A DNA stretch of 64,000 nt from positions 2,082,467-2,146,466 of the forward strand of contig CBDDEI010000002.1 of the NCBI GenBank assembly GCA_965226775.1, read 5' to 3'. The notes below the pieces were generated by a model, which did no database searches, was not told where the DNA came from, and worked only from the letters and a program-made list of their open reading frames with translations. The translations under genes were made by a program, and so were the position numbers. The stretch's first letter is position 1, and each line of letters begins with the position of its first letter. Below are positions 56,035-64,000 of this stretch, piece by piece. Source of the stretch: Dehalococcoidia bacterium. Its GTDB lineage: Bacteria; Chloroflexota; Dehalococcoidia; SHYD01.

Positions 56035-57306
56035 CTACGTCGCTTTTTTCGGCTCCACACCGGCGGCGTCAGCCCGTGCCATGGTATTGCCAAGGAAGGT
56101 CTGCGCCAGCACCGAGACCAGCAGCGCGCATACCGCCAGGTAGATAAATCCCGAGCCGTAGCCCTGCCACTCCGCAAAGAAGGCAAACAGGGCGGGGCTA
56201 ATGGTAGCGCCCAGCTGGGCAATAAGCCTCCAGATAGCAAAGAAGCGCCCTCTGGCGAACGCGGGCGCTAGGTCCGTCCCCAAGACCTGCATCGTGCCGC
56301 CCACCGTGCCTTGAGTCATCTGCACCAGGATGTACGCGCCCAGGAAGAAGGTTAGCGGGAGCGACAGGAACGAGGTGAAGGACATGACGATGACCGCCAC
56401 CGCGTAAGAAGCCCACCCCGGCACGATAACCGACCGGCGGCCAAACTTGTCCATGAGATACCCCGTAATGAAGGGCACGGGCAGACCAAAGACTACCGAG
56501 GCCGTATTCAAGAGCCCGAGGAGCTGCGGGCCCACGTTATACGCGTACACCGCGTAGAGGTTCAGCGACCCGTATTCCTGGCCACCGCGCGCCAGCTGTC
56601 CCGACATCTGCACAATGAAGAAGATGATCATCTGGAAGGTGAGCATGTAAGCAATGACGCCCTTCCAGCCCTCTTGCGTTCCGGCAGCGGTGGCGGCCGC
56701 AGCCTGGCGCGCTTTATCCGGCCTGCTCTCCTTAATCAGCCAGAAGCTGGGCAGCACGATGAAGATCTCCAATGCAGCAAACAGCACAAAAGGCACCCAG
56801 ATGCCAAACTGCACCGCAAGGAAGCCGCCCAGCGCAGGGCCGATGAGATGCCCCGCCCGGCCAAAGCCCATCATCCACTGCACCTGGCGCGCCCGCTCAT
56901 TGTCTGCCGCAGTGTCCGCAATCACCGCTAGGCGTGACTGCTGCCAGAGCTGGTTCGCGCCGCCTGCCAGGAAGCGCCACATTAAGAGCTGAGTGAACGT
57001 GCTGGAGAAGGGCGTCATGGCGGAACCCACAGCCTCCAGGATGGGGCCGGCCAGGAGCACCGGCTTCCTGCCGATCTTATCGATGAGGTAGCCGGCGGGA
57101 AAGGTGACGGCCACGCCGCCCGCGTTGTAGGCCACAAAGACCAGCGCTGCAGCGCCAAAGCCGACGTTGAAGGACTTGGTAAACACGGGAATGATGGGCG
57201 CAACCATACTGATGCCAAAGGACAGCACCACTGAAGGAAGATAGAGGGAGAGCACCTGGTGGAGAGAGAACAGCCCGTTACGGCGAGCCTCGTTCATTGC
57301 CGGCAC
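56035..57306 (-). CDS. MFS transporter
   Basis: 12 predicted TM segments. MFS loop motif GYLIDKIGRKPV. Confidence 0.8.
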   Translation of the reverse strand: MPAMNEARRNGLFSLHQVLSLYLPSVVLSFGISMVAPIIPVFTKSFNVGFGAAALVFVAYNAGGVAVTFPAGYLIDKIGRKPVLLAGPILEAVGSAMTPFSSTFTQLLMWRFLAGGANQLWQQSRLAVIADTAADNERARQVQWMMGFGRAGHLIGPALGGFLAVQFGIWVPFVLFAALEIFIVLPSFWLIKESRPDKARQAAAATAAGTQEGWKGVIAYMLTFQMIIFFIVQMSGQLARGGQEYGSLNLYAVYAYNVGPQLLGLLNTASVVFGLPVPFITGYLMDKFGRRSVIVPGWASYAVAVIVMSFTSFLSLPLTFFLGAYILVQMTQGTVGGTMQVLGTDLAPAFARGRFFAIWRLIAQLGATISPALFAFFAEWQGYGSGFIYLAVCALLVSVLAQTFLGNTMARADAAGVEPKKAT

Positions 57307-57528
57307 CTGTTTCTAAGATAGTTAGGCACCGCGCGCTTACGCGCCAAGCGCTGCCGAAGATACTATCTTCCTTTGTGCAGCCTAGCGCAACTTACCCCGC
57401 GGTTACGGTACCTAAGGGCAATAGTGGATGGATTGACAGTGTACTGAAACAGGACTAGCCTTGAACCCTGGCAGCGATCGCGCTGCCAGGATGCTTTTTA
57501 CGAGAGCTTAAAACAAGCGCCCAAAGGA

Positions 57529-58122
57529 GTGCATAATTTAGTGAAGCGGCAAGTGGGAATGGCGATTCTGGCGATGGCCGTGCTTTCTCTCCTCGCATGT
57601 AGCGACAACGACAGCGACGGCGACAGCACAGGCACAAGTCCTAGCGCCGGCAGTGATACCAGCAGCATTACCAGCACTCCAGCGCCAGCCGCAAGACAAG
57701 GAGGATCAGTGCAAGACGGCGATACAGTAGAAGTCAACTATAGAGGGACACTGGACGACGGCGCGGAGTTCGATTCATCGTACGGTCGTGCACCGCTCAG
57801 CTTTGTTGTAGGACAAGGCCAACTCATCCCCGGTTTTGAGGGCGCTGTGATGGGCCTTACCCTTGGCGATAAAGTCACCGTGCGCCTGGAGGCAGGTGAT
57901 GCCTACGGCGAGCCATCAGAGGATATGATCTTTGAAGTACCGCGAGCGCAAGCCCCGGAAGACGTCTCTGAGGGCGACCAGGTGCAGCTTAACAATGGCG
58001 CAGCGGCCACCATCGTACAGGTAACGTCCGAGGTCGTGCGCATTGATGCCAATCACCCGCTGGCAGGCAAAGCCCTTACCTTTGAGATTGAGGTCGTCTC
58101 GATCAACGGACTGGCGCGCTAG
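57529..58122 (+). CDS. FKBP-type peptidyl-prolyl isomerase lipoprotein with an acidic Ser/Asp-rich tether
   Basis: LLAC lipobox. FKBP core (DTVEVNYRGTLDDG...GQLIPGFEGAVMGL). Alternative starts at GTG 57541 or ATG 57559. Confidence 0.8.
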   Translation: MHNLVKRQVGMAILAMAVLSLLACSDNDSDGDSTGTSPSAGSDTSSITSTPAPAARQGGSVQDGDTVEVNYRGTLDDGAEFDSSYGRAPLSFVVGQGQLIPGFEGAVMGLTLGDKVTVRLEAGDAYGEPSEDMIFEVPRAQAPEDVSEGDQVQLNNGAAATIVQVTSEVVRIDANHPLAGKALTFEIEVVSINGLAR

Positions 58123-58144
58123 CTACTCAACAAAAGACATACCA

Positions 58145-58173
58145 AAAGGGACGGGCTAGCCCGTCCCTTTTTC
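58145..58173. terminator. Bidirectional rho-independent terminator (GGGACGGG-ctag-CCCGTCCC, then TTTTT)
   Basis: Perfect 8-bp stem between convergent genes. Confidence 0.75.
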
Positions 58174-58188
58174 TAACTTAGCGAGTGT

Positions 58189-59052
58189 TTAGCGAAGAGC
58201 GCCTAGCGCTTGCCCTAGGTCAAGGCCCCATTCATCACGCAGCTTCTGGTGGAAGGCCCTGTTTGTAGTAAGTTTGAGCAAATGCAGCTTACCCGTGACC
58301 TGCGAAACCTTGTCGAGGCTCTCTTTCATTGCGGTAACGTCCATATTAGCCACTTGGAGCATGGCCTGAGAATGCTTCTTGTAGTCTTTAATGAAAGTGG
58401 GGCCGGGCATCTGGAAGCGGAGTAGCATGTCGTCCACTTCATCCATCAGGTGCTTGTCCTCTTTCAACTCCATCTTACATTTCTCTAAGTAGAACTGGCA
58501 GTGACGGTACTCGTCCTTGGATACCAGGTTCAAGATAGTTTTGAGCAGCGGTTCCTTGGTAGACTCCGCAAATCGCTTATAGAACAGGCCGGTCACCTGC
58601 TCCTGGAGCGTGGTGTAGGTAAAGCTCTGCACGCGGGTCATGTTCATCTCTTCTTCGCCCCAGGGGCCTGCGCGAGTCTCGTCCAGCTCCTTCAGAAGCT
58701 CTTTGGCGTCCACCATGCCGGTTGCTTCCAGGTAGGTCTTCAGGGCGGCGTAGTGCTTCATCTCCTCGTAGGCCCAGGTGACCACAAAGGAAGTGAGCTC
58801 ATGATCCTGGCGGAAGTAGTCCAAAATACGGGCTGTATAGACGGGGTTGTGAGATTCCACTAGCATGGCGCCGCGAATGGCGCCAATATCTTCCGGCGTC
58901 AGCAATTCTTTCTTGATACTGGAATAATCCAAGTCATTGAACTGCCACATCACCTTCTCATGAATGCGGAAGAACTTGTCAAAATGAGGGGAAAAGAGCA
59001 TCCCGGGAGCATTCTTAGGAGCAGAGCCCTGCCCGAACTTACTAAAGACCAT
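58189..59052 (-). CDS. Ferritin-like diiron protein of the soluble acyl-ACP desaturase type (DesA-like)
   Basis: E66, E97xxH100, E151, D/E181xxH184 spacing (31/54/30) mirrors the diiron ligand spacing of stearoyl-ACP desaturases. The gene has lower GC than its surroundings. Confidence 0.5.
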   Translation of the reverse strand: MVFSKFGQGSAPKNAPGMLFSPHFDKFFRIHEKVMWQFNDLDYSSIKKELLTPEDIGAIRGAMLVESHNPVYTARILDYFRQDHELTSFVVTWAYEEMKHYAALKTYLEATGMVDAKELLKELDETRAGPWGEEEMNMTRVQSFTYTTLQEQVTGLFYKRFAESTKEPLLKTILNLVSKDEYRHCQFYLEKCKMELKEDKHLMDEVDDMLLRFQMPGPTFIKDYKKHSQAMLQVANMDVTAMKESLDKVSQVTGKLHLLKLTTNRAFHQKLRDEWGLDLGQALGALR

Positions 59053-59181
59053 AGATATTACTCCATGTTAGATATCAGCCAAATTGGCACAAACTCGTGA
59101 AAAGTTTCGCATTAAACTATACCATGAGAAGCGCTCTCCCAAACGGACTCTTGAGACGATTTCTTAAGGAAATGTGGATTA

Positions 59182-59745
59182 CTAAATCCCGGATTTGCCC
59201 CTATCCAGGACCCACACACGCAGCAAGCCAGCCACGCTCTTAGCGTCTTTGATCTCCCCGCTCTCAATAAGCCGCACAGCTTCTGGCAGCGATGTTGGCA
59301 CAAGCTGCAACAGCTCGTCAACATCCGGAGCCAGTGGATTGTGGCGTAAATCCTTTGCCAGGAACAGATGCAGGTACTCCTCCGTGTAGCCGGGTGCGGC
59401 GTAGAAGCCGCCCAGAGCCTCCAACACGCCCGCAGAATAGCCCGTCTCCTCTTGCAGCTCTCGCATGGCGCTCTCTTCCGGCGACTCGCCAGGTTCCATC
59501 CCGCCCGCTGGCAGCTCCAGAAGGCTCGCACCGATGGCTTTGCGATACTGTCGCACTAGCAGCACACGTCCCTCGGCATCAATGGGCGCCAGCACTACCG
59601 CAGGGCCGTGCTCCACGATCTCGCGTTTGCTGGTAATGCCGTTGGGCAACTGCACCGTATCCACACGCAGCCCGAGCACTCTACCGGAGAAGAGATGCTG
59701 GCTGGAGATGGTCTCTTCAGTTAGGGGATCGTGCTGCTGTGTCAT
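59182..59745 (-). CDS. NUDIX hydrolase (ADP-ribose pyrophosphatase-like)
   Basis: Nudix box GESPEESAMRELQEETGY. Confidence 0.8.
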   Translation of the reverse strand: MTQQHDPLTEETISSQHLFSGRVLGLRVDTVQLPNGITSKREIVEHGPAVVLAPIDAEGRVLLVRQYRKAIGASLLELPAGGMEPGESPEESAMRELQEETGYSAGVLEALGGFYAAPGYTEEYLHLFLAKDLRHNPLAPDVDELLQLVPTSLPEAVRLIESGEIKDAKSVAGLLRVWVLDRGKSGI

Positions 59746-59818
59746 GGCGATGTGCTGATCCTCGATCTAACAAGATGCCCCGCCTATGCGGGGCCCGGTG
59801 TCTTTTACCTATCCCGCG

Positions 59819-60403
59819 CTAACCAGAGCGTCCGGCATTGTTCCATACAGGCAGCAACGCAGAGGGCACGTCTCCATCGGGGTCCTGCTGCAGGCTGTCT
59901 GCGCCGCCGGGCAGTAGGTTATAGACCATGGCCACCTCATTACAATGAGGGAACTTAGGACAGCGCAGGCACTCGCCCCACACTTTGCGGGGGAGGGTCA
60001 TCACGTCCACCTGCTTAAAGCCAAGCTGTTCGTAGTAGCCGGTCTTGAGCACCAAGACGAACACACTGCTAAGGCCCATACTCTTGGCCTCTTCCATGCA
60101 GTGGTGAATAAGCTGTTTGCCCAGCCCTTGGGACTGGTGGTCTTCACGTACTGCAACTGCCTTGATCTCCGCTAGGTCCGACCACACTACGTGGAGTGCA
60201 GAGCAGCCAATGATCTCGTCCCCTTCCCGGATGACGAAGTAGTCCCGAATATTCTCGTAGAGTTCGCTGAGGGGACGATGTAACATCTCGTCCTGATTTG
60301 CGAAGTAAGTGATGAGCTGGTGGATCTTGGGAACATCGCTAAGTTGAGCCCGCTGGATAGCGAACTCTGCAGTGGCTGCACCGTCTACTTTCTGCTGTGC
60401 CAT
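59819..60403 (-). CDS. GNAT-family N-acetyltransferase with a Cys-rich C-terminus
   Basis: Acetyltransferase core (QSQGLGKQLI) plus CLRCPKFPHC. Confidence 0.7.
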   Translation of the reverse strand: MAQQKVDGAATAEFAIQRAQLSDVPKIHQLITYFANQDEMLHRPLSELYENIRDYFVIREGDEIIGCSALHVVWSDLAEIKAVAVREDHQSQGLGKQLIHHCMEEAKSMGLSSVFVLVLKTGYYEQLGFKQVDVMTLPRKVWGECLRCPKFPHCNEVAMVYNLLPGGADSLQQDPDGDVPSALLPVWNNAGRSG

Positions 60404-60614
60404 AACCTAATGTCCGGATTCCGCCGCCTTTGATACTGCATTCCTGATTGCAGAGAAATAGGACATAAGTCTAGCACGAAAGCCCACGTTTGCGAAATAG
60501 GGATTTCACGCTACAATAGAGCCTACACACTGTGGGCGCATGAGCGCCCATTGTGCGCTTTAGGGTGTGAGGAAAGCCACGAGCGGGGCACGCCGCTCGA
60601 AGGGAAGAGGTGCG

Positions 60615-61604
60615 ATGGCCGATGCATTCGGTGCTCTGCACGAACAAGTGGCGGAAAAGAGCCGCTTCGTCGCGCCGTTGCTCGCAGAAGTTGGCAAGGT
60701 CATCGTGGGCCAGCCCCAGCTCCTTGAGCAGCTCCTCATTGGGCTGATGTGCAACGGGCACATCCTCATTGAAGGCGTGCCCGGCCTCGCCAAGACCCTC
60801 ACCGTCCGCACCCTCTCGGACGCGATCCAGTGCCATTTCCAGCGCATACAGTTCACGCCTGACCTGTTGCCGGCCGACCTCATCGGTACCCTGGTCTACA
60901 ACCCCCAGTCCGGCAGCTTCTCGCCCAGAAAGGGCCCCATCTTCGCCAACCTCATCCTGGCGGACGAGATTAACCGTGCCCCAGCCAAGGTGCAGAGCGC
61001 TCTGCTAGAGGCTATGCAGGAGCAGCAGGTGACTATCGGGGACACCACTTATCCCCTTGACGATCCTTTCATGGTGCTGGCTACCCAGAACCCTATCGAG
61101 CAGGAAGGGACTTACCACCTCCCTGAAGCCCAGGTAGACCGCTTTATGCTCAAAGTGCTCGTCTCCTACCCCACTCCTGAAGAGGAGCTGGTCATCATGG
61201 AGCGGATGATGGGGGAGGAGATGCCGCCCGTCCAGACTATGGTCACGCCTGAAGACCTGCTCGCCGCCCGCCGAGTGGTGCGCAGCCTCAGTCTGGACGA
61301 TGCGCTAAAGAACTATATCATCCAGATCATCTTCGCCACTCGGGAGCCGGAGCGCTTCAACATGCCGGATATGCGCCAGCTCATCGCCTACGGAGCTTCG
61401 CCACGCGCCACCATCTACCTGGCTCTGGCTGCCAAGGCCCGGGCGTTCATCCAAGGCCGCGCCTACGTCATCCCAGAGGACATCAAGGCGGTGGCCCATG
61501 AAGTCCTGCGCCACCGCATCATCGTAACCTACGAGGCAGAAGCGGAAGAGATTACGCCGGAGATGGTGATAGACCGGGTGCTGCATCAGGTGGCTGTGCC
61601 ATGA
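60615..61604 (+). CDS. MoxR-family AAA+ ATPase
   Basis: Walker A region, GLMCNGHILIEGVPGLAKT and LADEINRAP are conserved in MoxR. Confidence 0.85.
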   Translation: MADAFGALHEQVAEKSRFVAPLLAEVGKVIVGQPQLLEQLLIGLMCNGHILIEGVPGLAKTLTVRTLSDAIQCHFQRIQFTPDLLPADLIGTLVYNPQSGSFSPRKGPIFANLILADEINRAPAKVQSALLEAMQEQQVTIGDTTYPLDDPFMVLATQNPIEQEGTYHLPEAQVDRFMLKVLVSYPTPEEELVIMERMMGEEMPPVQTMVTPEDLLAARRVVRSLSLDDALKNYIIQIIFATREPERFNMPDMRQLIAYGASPRATIYLALAAKARAFIQGRAYVIPEDIKAVAHEVLRHRIIVTYEAEAEEITPEMVIDRVLHQVAVP

Positions 61605-62515
61605 CCTCCCAGAGCGCGGCGCAGGATACTCACACCTTGGGCATCCCTGCGGAACTGCTGCGCAAGATCCGCAGCATAGAGATACGTGTGCGCCGCATTC
61701 TGAATACCTCCTTCCTTGGCGAATACCACTCCGTCTTCCGCGGGCAGGGCATGGAGTTCTCCGAGGTGCGCGAATACCAGCCCGGCGACGACGTGCGCGC
61801 CATCGATTGGAACGTCACCGCCCGCATGGGGTACCCCTATATCAAACAGTTCGTGGAAGAGCGGGAGCTGACCGTCCTTCTGGTAGTGGACGTTTCGGCT
61901 TCCGGCGACTACGGCAGCGCGGACCAGTCCAAGCTGGAAGTGGCCACAGAGGTGGCGGCGCTGCTTGCTTTCTCCGCCATCCGCAATAACGACAAAGTTG
62001 GCCTTGTGGCCTTCAGTGACCGCGTAGAGAAGTTTGTGCCCGCCCGCAAAGGCCAGCAGCACGTCCTGCGCATCATCCGGGAGCTGCTTTACACCAAACC
62101 CCACGGCCGCGGCACCAACATCGTAGAAGCCCTACGCTACGCCAACCACCTACAAAGGCGGCGCAGCGTCATCTTCCTCCTGTCCGATTTCCTTACGGAG
62201 GACTATGAGGCAACGCTGCGGGTGACCGGCCGCCGCCACGACGTCGTCGCAATCATGCTTAGCGACCCCAGAGAGGAGCAGCTGCCCAATGCCGGCCTAG
62301 TAACCCTGGAGGACGCCGAAACCGGTGCCCTGGCCGTGGTGGACACAGGCAACCCCTCCGTACGCGCCGAGTACTATCGCCTGGCGCTGGAAGCGCGGGC
62401 TAAGCGCAAAAGCACCCTGAAATCGCTGAAAGTAGACAGCCTGGAGGTCTCTACACAGTCCTCCTACGTGGAGCCGCTGGCAGTCTTTTTCAAGAGCCGG
62501 GCGCGGAGAACGTGA
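61601..62515 (+). CDS. DUF58 (vWA-like) protein, MoxR partner
   Basis: DDVRAIDWNVTAR and VDVSASG motifs. ATGA overlap with the MoxR gene. Confidence 0.8.
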   Translation: MTSQSAAQDTHTLGIPAELLRKIRSIEIRVRRILNTSFLGEYHSVFRGQGMEFSEVREYQPGDDVRAIDWNVTARMGYPYIKQFVEERELTVLLVVDVSASGDYGSADQSKLEVATEVAALLAFSAIRNNDKVGLVAFSDRVEKFVPARKGQQHVLRIIRELLYTKPHGRGTNIVEALRYANHLQRRRSVIFLLSDFLTEDYEATLRVTGRRHDVVAIMLSDPREEQLPNAGLVTLEDAETGALAVVDTGNPSVRAEYYRLALEARAKRKSTLKSLKVDSLEVSTQSSYVEPLAVFFKSRARRT

Positions 62516-62516
62516 C

Positions 62517-63518
62517 ATGTCACGGATAAAGCTCATCGCCCTCGTCTTTTCTATTGCAGCGCTGCTGCCGGTGATAGACACGCCCGCCGCTTTGGGCGCA
62601 CCCGCCGCTGCCGAAACCGTGGCGGTAGAGACACGCCTCACTCAGAACAGCTTCCACGTGGGCGATCAGGTGGGGCTCCAGGTAATTGTCATGCACCCTC
62701 GTGAAACGCTTGTGCAGTTCCCCACACTCCAGGGCAAGCTGGGCTCGGCGGAAGCCCTCGGCTTCAAGGCCCTTACTCCACTCCTCGGCATAGATGGCAC
62801 CCAGACTTCAACAGGGGAGTACGCCATTACCAGCTTCCTACCCGGCCAGTTCACCTTGCCGCTCATCACCGTCACGTACACCAACACAGACGGCTCTCCG
62901 GCTTCTGCAACCAGCACACAGCCCATTGCTTTCGAGGTCGTCAGCGTCCTCACTGGCCCGGTGGAAGAGCCGCTGCGGGACATCAAGCCGCCCTTAGCCA
63001 TCGCCAAGGTCCCGACGTCTTACACCAATCCCATAGCATGGACAACTCTCGTATTGGGCAGCTTGGCCCTGGCTGCCATTACCGCCCGGCGCATCAAGGC
63101 AAGCAGGAGGCGTCCCGTCCCCGTGGCGTTGGGAAGGACGCTGGAGGATGTGACACGCGAGGAGCTAGACCGCATCGGGGCGATGGGCCTGGTGGACCAG
63201 GGCCGCTACTCGGACTACTGCAATCTCATCTCCGCAGCAGTGCGCAACTATATCGACCAACGTTTTGAGCTGGAGTTCACGGCTTCTACGACCACGGAGA
63301 TTCGAGGCCAACGGCTACAGGAGCGGCTGGGCACCTGGGAGACCCGCGTTGTGGTGGGACTCTTGGAGGAGTGCGACGCCATCCGCTGGGCGCACTACCA
63401 TCCCGATCCTCAGCGGGCCGCTCGCTTGCTGAACATGGCCTACGAGATACTAGACCTAACTGCGGGGGAGCCTGCGGAAGTGGCGAATGAAGCCCTTGCG
63501 GGAAGGGAAGCGCGGTAA
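62517..63518 (+). CDS. Membrane protein of the MoxR/vWA (Bat-like) operon
   Basis: Signal peptide, a central TM helix, conserved C-terminal region. Sits in the typical position in the operon. Confidence 0.5.
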   Translation: MSRIKLIALVFSIAALLPVIDTPAALGAPAAAETVAVETRLTQNSFHVGDQVGLQVIVMHPRETLVQFPTLQGKLGSAEALGFKALTPLLGIDGTQTSTGEYAITSFLPGQFTLPLITVTYTNTDGSPASATSTQPIAFEVVSVLTGPVEEPLRDIKPPLAIAKVPTSYTNPIAWTTLVLGSLALAAITARRIKASRRRPVPVALGRTLEDVTREELDRIGAMGLVDQGRYSDYCNLISAAVRNYIDQRFELEFTASTTTEIRGQRLQERLGTWETRVVVGLLEECDAIRWAHYHPDPQRAARLLNMAYEILDLTAGEPAEVANEALAGREAR

Positions 63519-63527
63519 GGCAGCGTC

Positions 63528-64000
63528 ATGACGTTCCATCTTGGTGAGCCGTTTGCCCTGCTGTTGCTCGTTGCCCTGGTGCCGCTGCTGCTGTGGCGAA
63601 TCCTCACCAGCGGACAGGCACGCGGCACGCTGCGCTTCTCCAGCGTAGCTATTGCGAGCAAGCTCCCGGTAACGCCCCGGCAGCGGCTGGGATTTGTGAT
63701 GGACGCGCTGCGTGTGTTGACCCTCGTGATGCTCATCGTAGCGCTGGCCCGCCCTAGCATTAGCCGCGCCGTGGAGGTCATCCCCACAGAAGGCATCGAC
63801 ATCGTCCTTGCCATAGACGTCTCCTACAGCATGGCAGCCACGGATATGGGGGCTCTAACTCGCCTTGAAATGGCCAAGGGCACTATAGAAGAGTTTGTGG
63901 CAGGCCGCTCCGGCGACCGCATGGGCCTAGTGGCCTTTGCATCCGAAGCCGTGACGGTTAGCCCGCTGACCCTAGACTACCCTCTGCTGCTGCAGACGCT
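63528..64000 (+). CDS. vWA-domain membrane protein (BatA-like), 3' partial
   Basis: N-terminal TM helices, then the vWA MIDAS start LAIDVSYSM. The frame runs open to the window end. Confidence 0.7.
   Translation, partial: MTFHLGEPFALLLLVALVPLLLWRILTSGQARGTLRFSSVAIASKLPVTPRQRLGFVMDALRVLTLVMLIVALARPSISRAVEVIPTEGIDIVLAIDVSYSMAATDMGALTRLEMAKGTIEEFVAGRSGDRMGLVAFASEAVTVSPLTLDYPLLLQT

Overview
This is a high-GC (about 62-65%) bacterial chromosomal segment, dense with genes and mostly housekeeping. I could not identify the lineage with confidence. The many lipoproteins with long Ser/Thr/Pro-rich tethers and the gene content are compatible with a Chloroflexota-like monoderm, but that is unverified.

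Recognisable genes:
- Central metabolism and purines: eno, purF, purH.
- Other metabolism: plsX, acpS, folB, asd, ald, ilvE, nnr, and a cob(I)alamin adenosyltransferase.
- Electron transfer: a fused EtfB-EtfA electron-transfer flavoprotein.
- Cell envelope: a proline-rich D-Ala-D-Ala carboxypeptidase.
- Redox and signalling: a resA-ccdA-response regulator-histidine kinase operon with a second divergent ccdA paralog.
- Glycosylation: a locus with a UDP-galactopyranose-mutase-like flavoenzyme, a GT-C-like membrane glycosyltransferase and a flippase-like/GT2 fusion.
- Iron uptake: a ferric-type ABC importer (ATPase, fused permease, binding protein) with two cupredoxin-like lipoproteins beside it.
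- Quinone biosynthesis: a UbiD-like decarboxylase, a hypothetical protein and a UbiA-like prenyltransferase.
- Other: a MoxR-DUF58-membrane-vWA operon at the window end, four tRNA loci (His, a His-like pseudo copy, Arg-TCG, Arg-CCG) and several rho-independent terminators.

Most notable observations:
1. A tandem segmental duplication of about 2.15 kb. Each unit carries a tRNA-His gene, a bidirectional terminator and a family-5 ABC binding-protein lipoprotein gene. The second tRNA copy lacks the promoter and has stem mismatches. A third related binding-protein gene follows, and no cognate permease or ATPase is nearby.
2. Conserved TCATGAA direct repeats at 11-bp spacing, plus an AACGT-N9-ACGTT palindrome, upstream of both duplicated binding-protein genes.
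3. A single low-GC (about 50%) gene of unknown function wedged between the third binding-protein gene and tRNA-Arg, with weak motif resemblance to the uracil-DNA glycosylase superfamily.
4. A second low-GC patch encoding an acyl-ACP-desaturase-like diiron protein.
5. At least five apparent single-base frameshifts: enolase C-terminus, carboxypeptidase N-terminal anchor, the GT2 fusion, a cyclophilin, and a membrane hypothetical. Most sit in short G/C runs, so assembly indels are as likely as true pseudogenes.

No CRISPR array, transposase or integrase is recognisable. All calls rest on reading the supplied translations and the DNA by eye. No database search was run.
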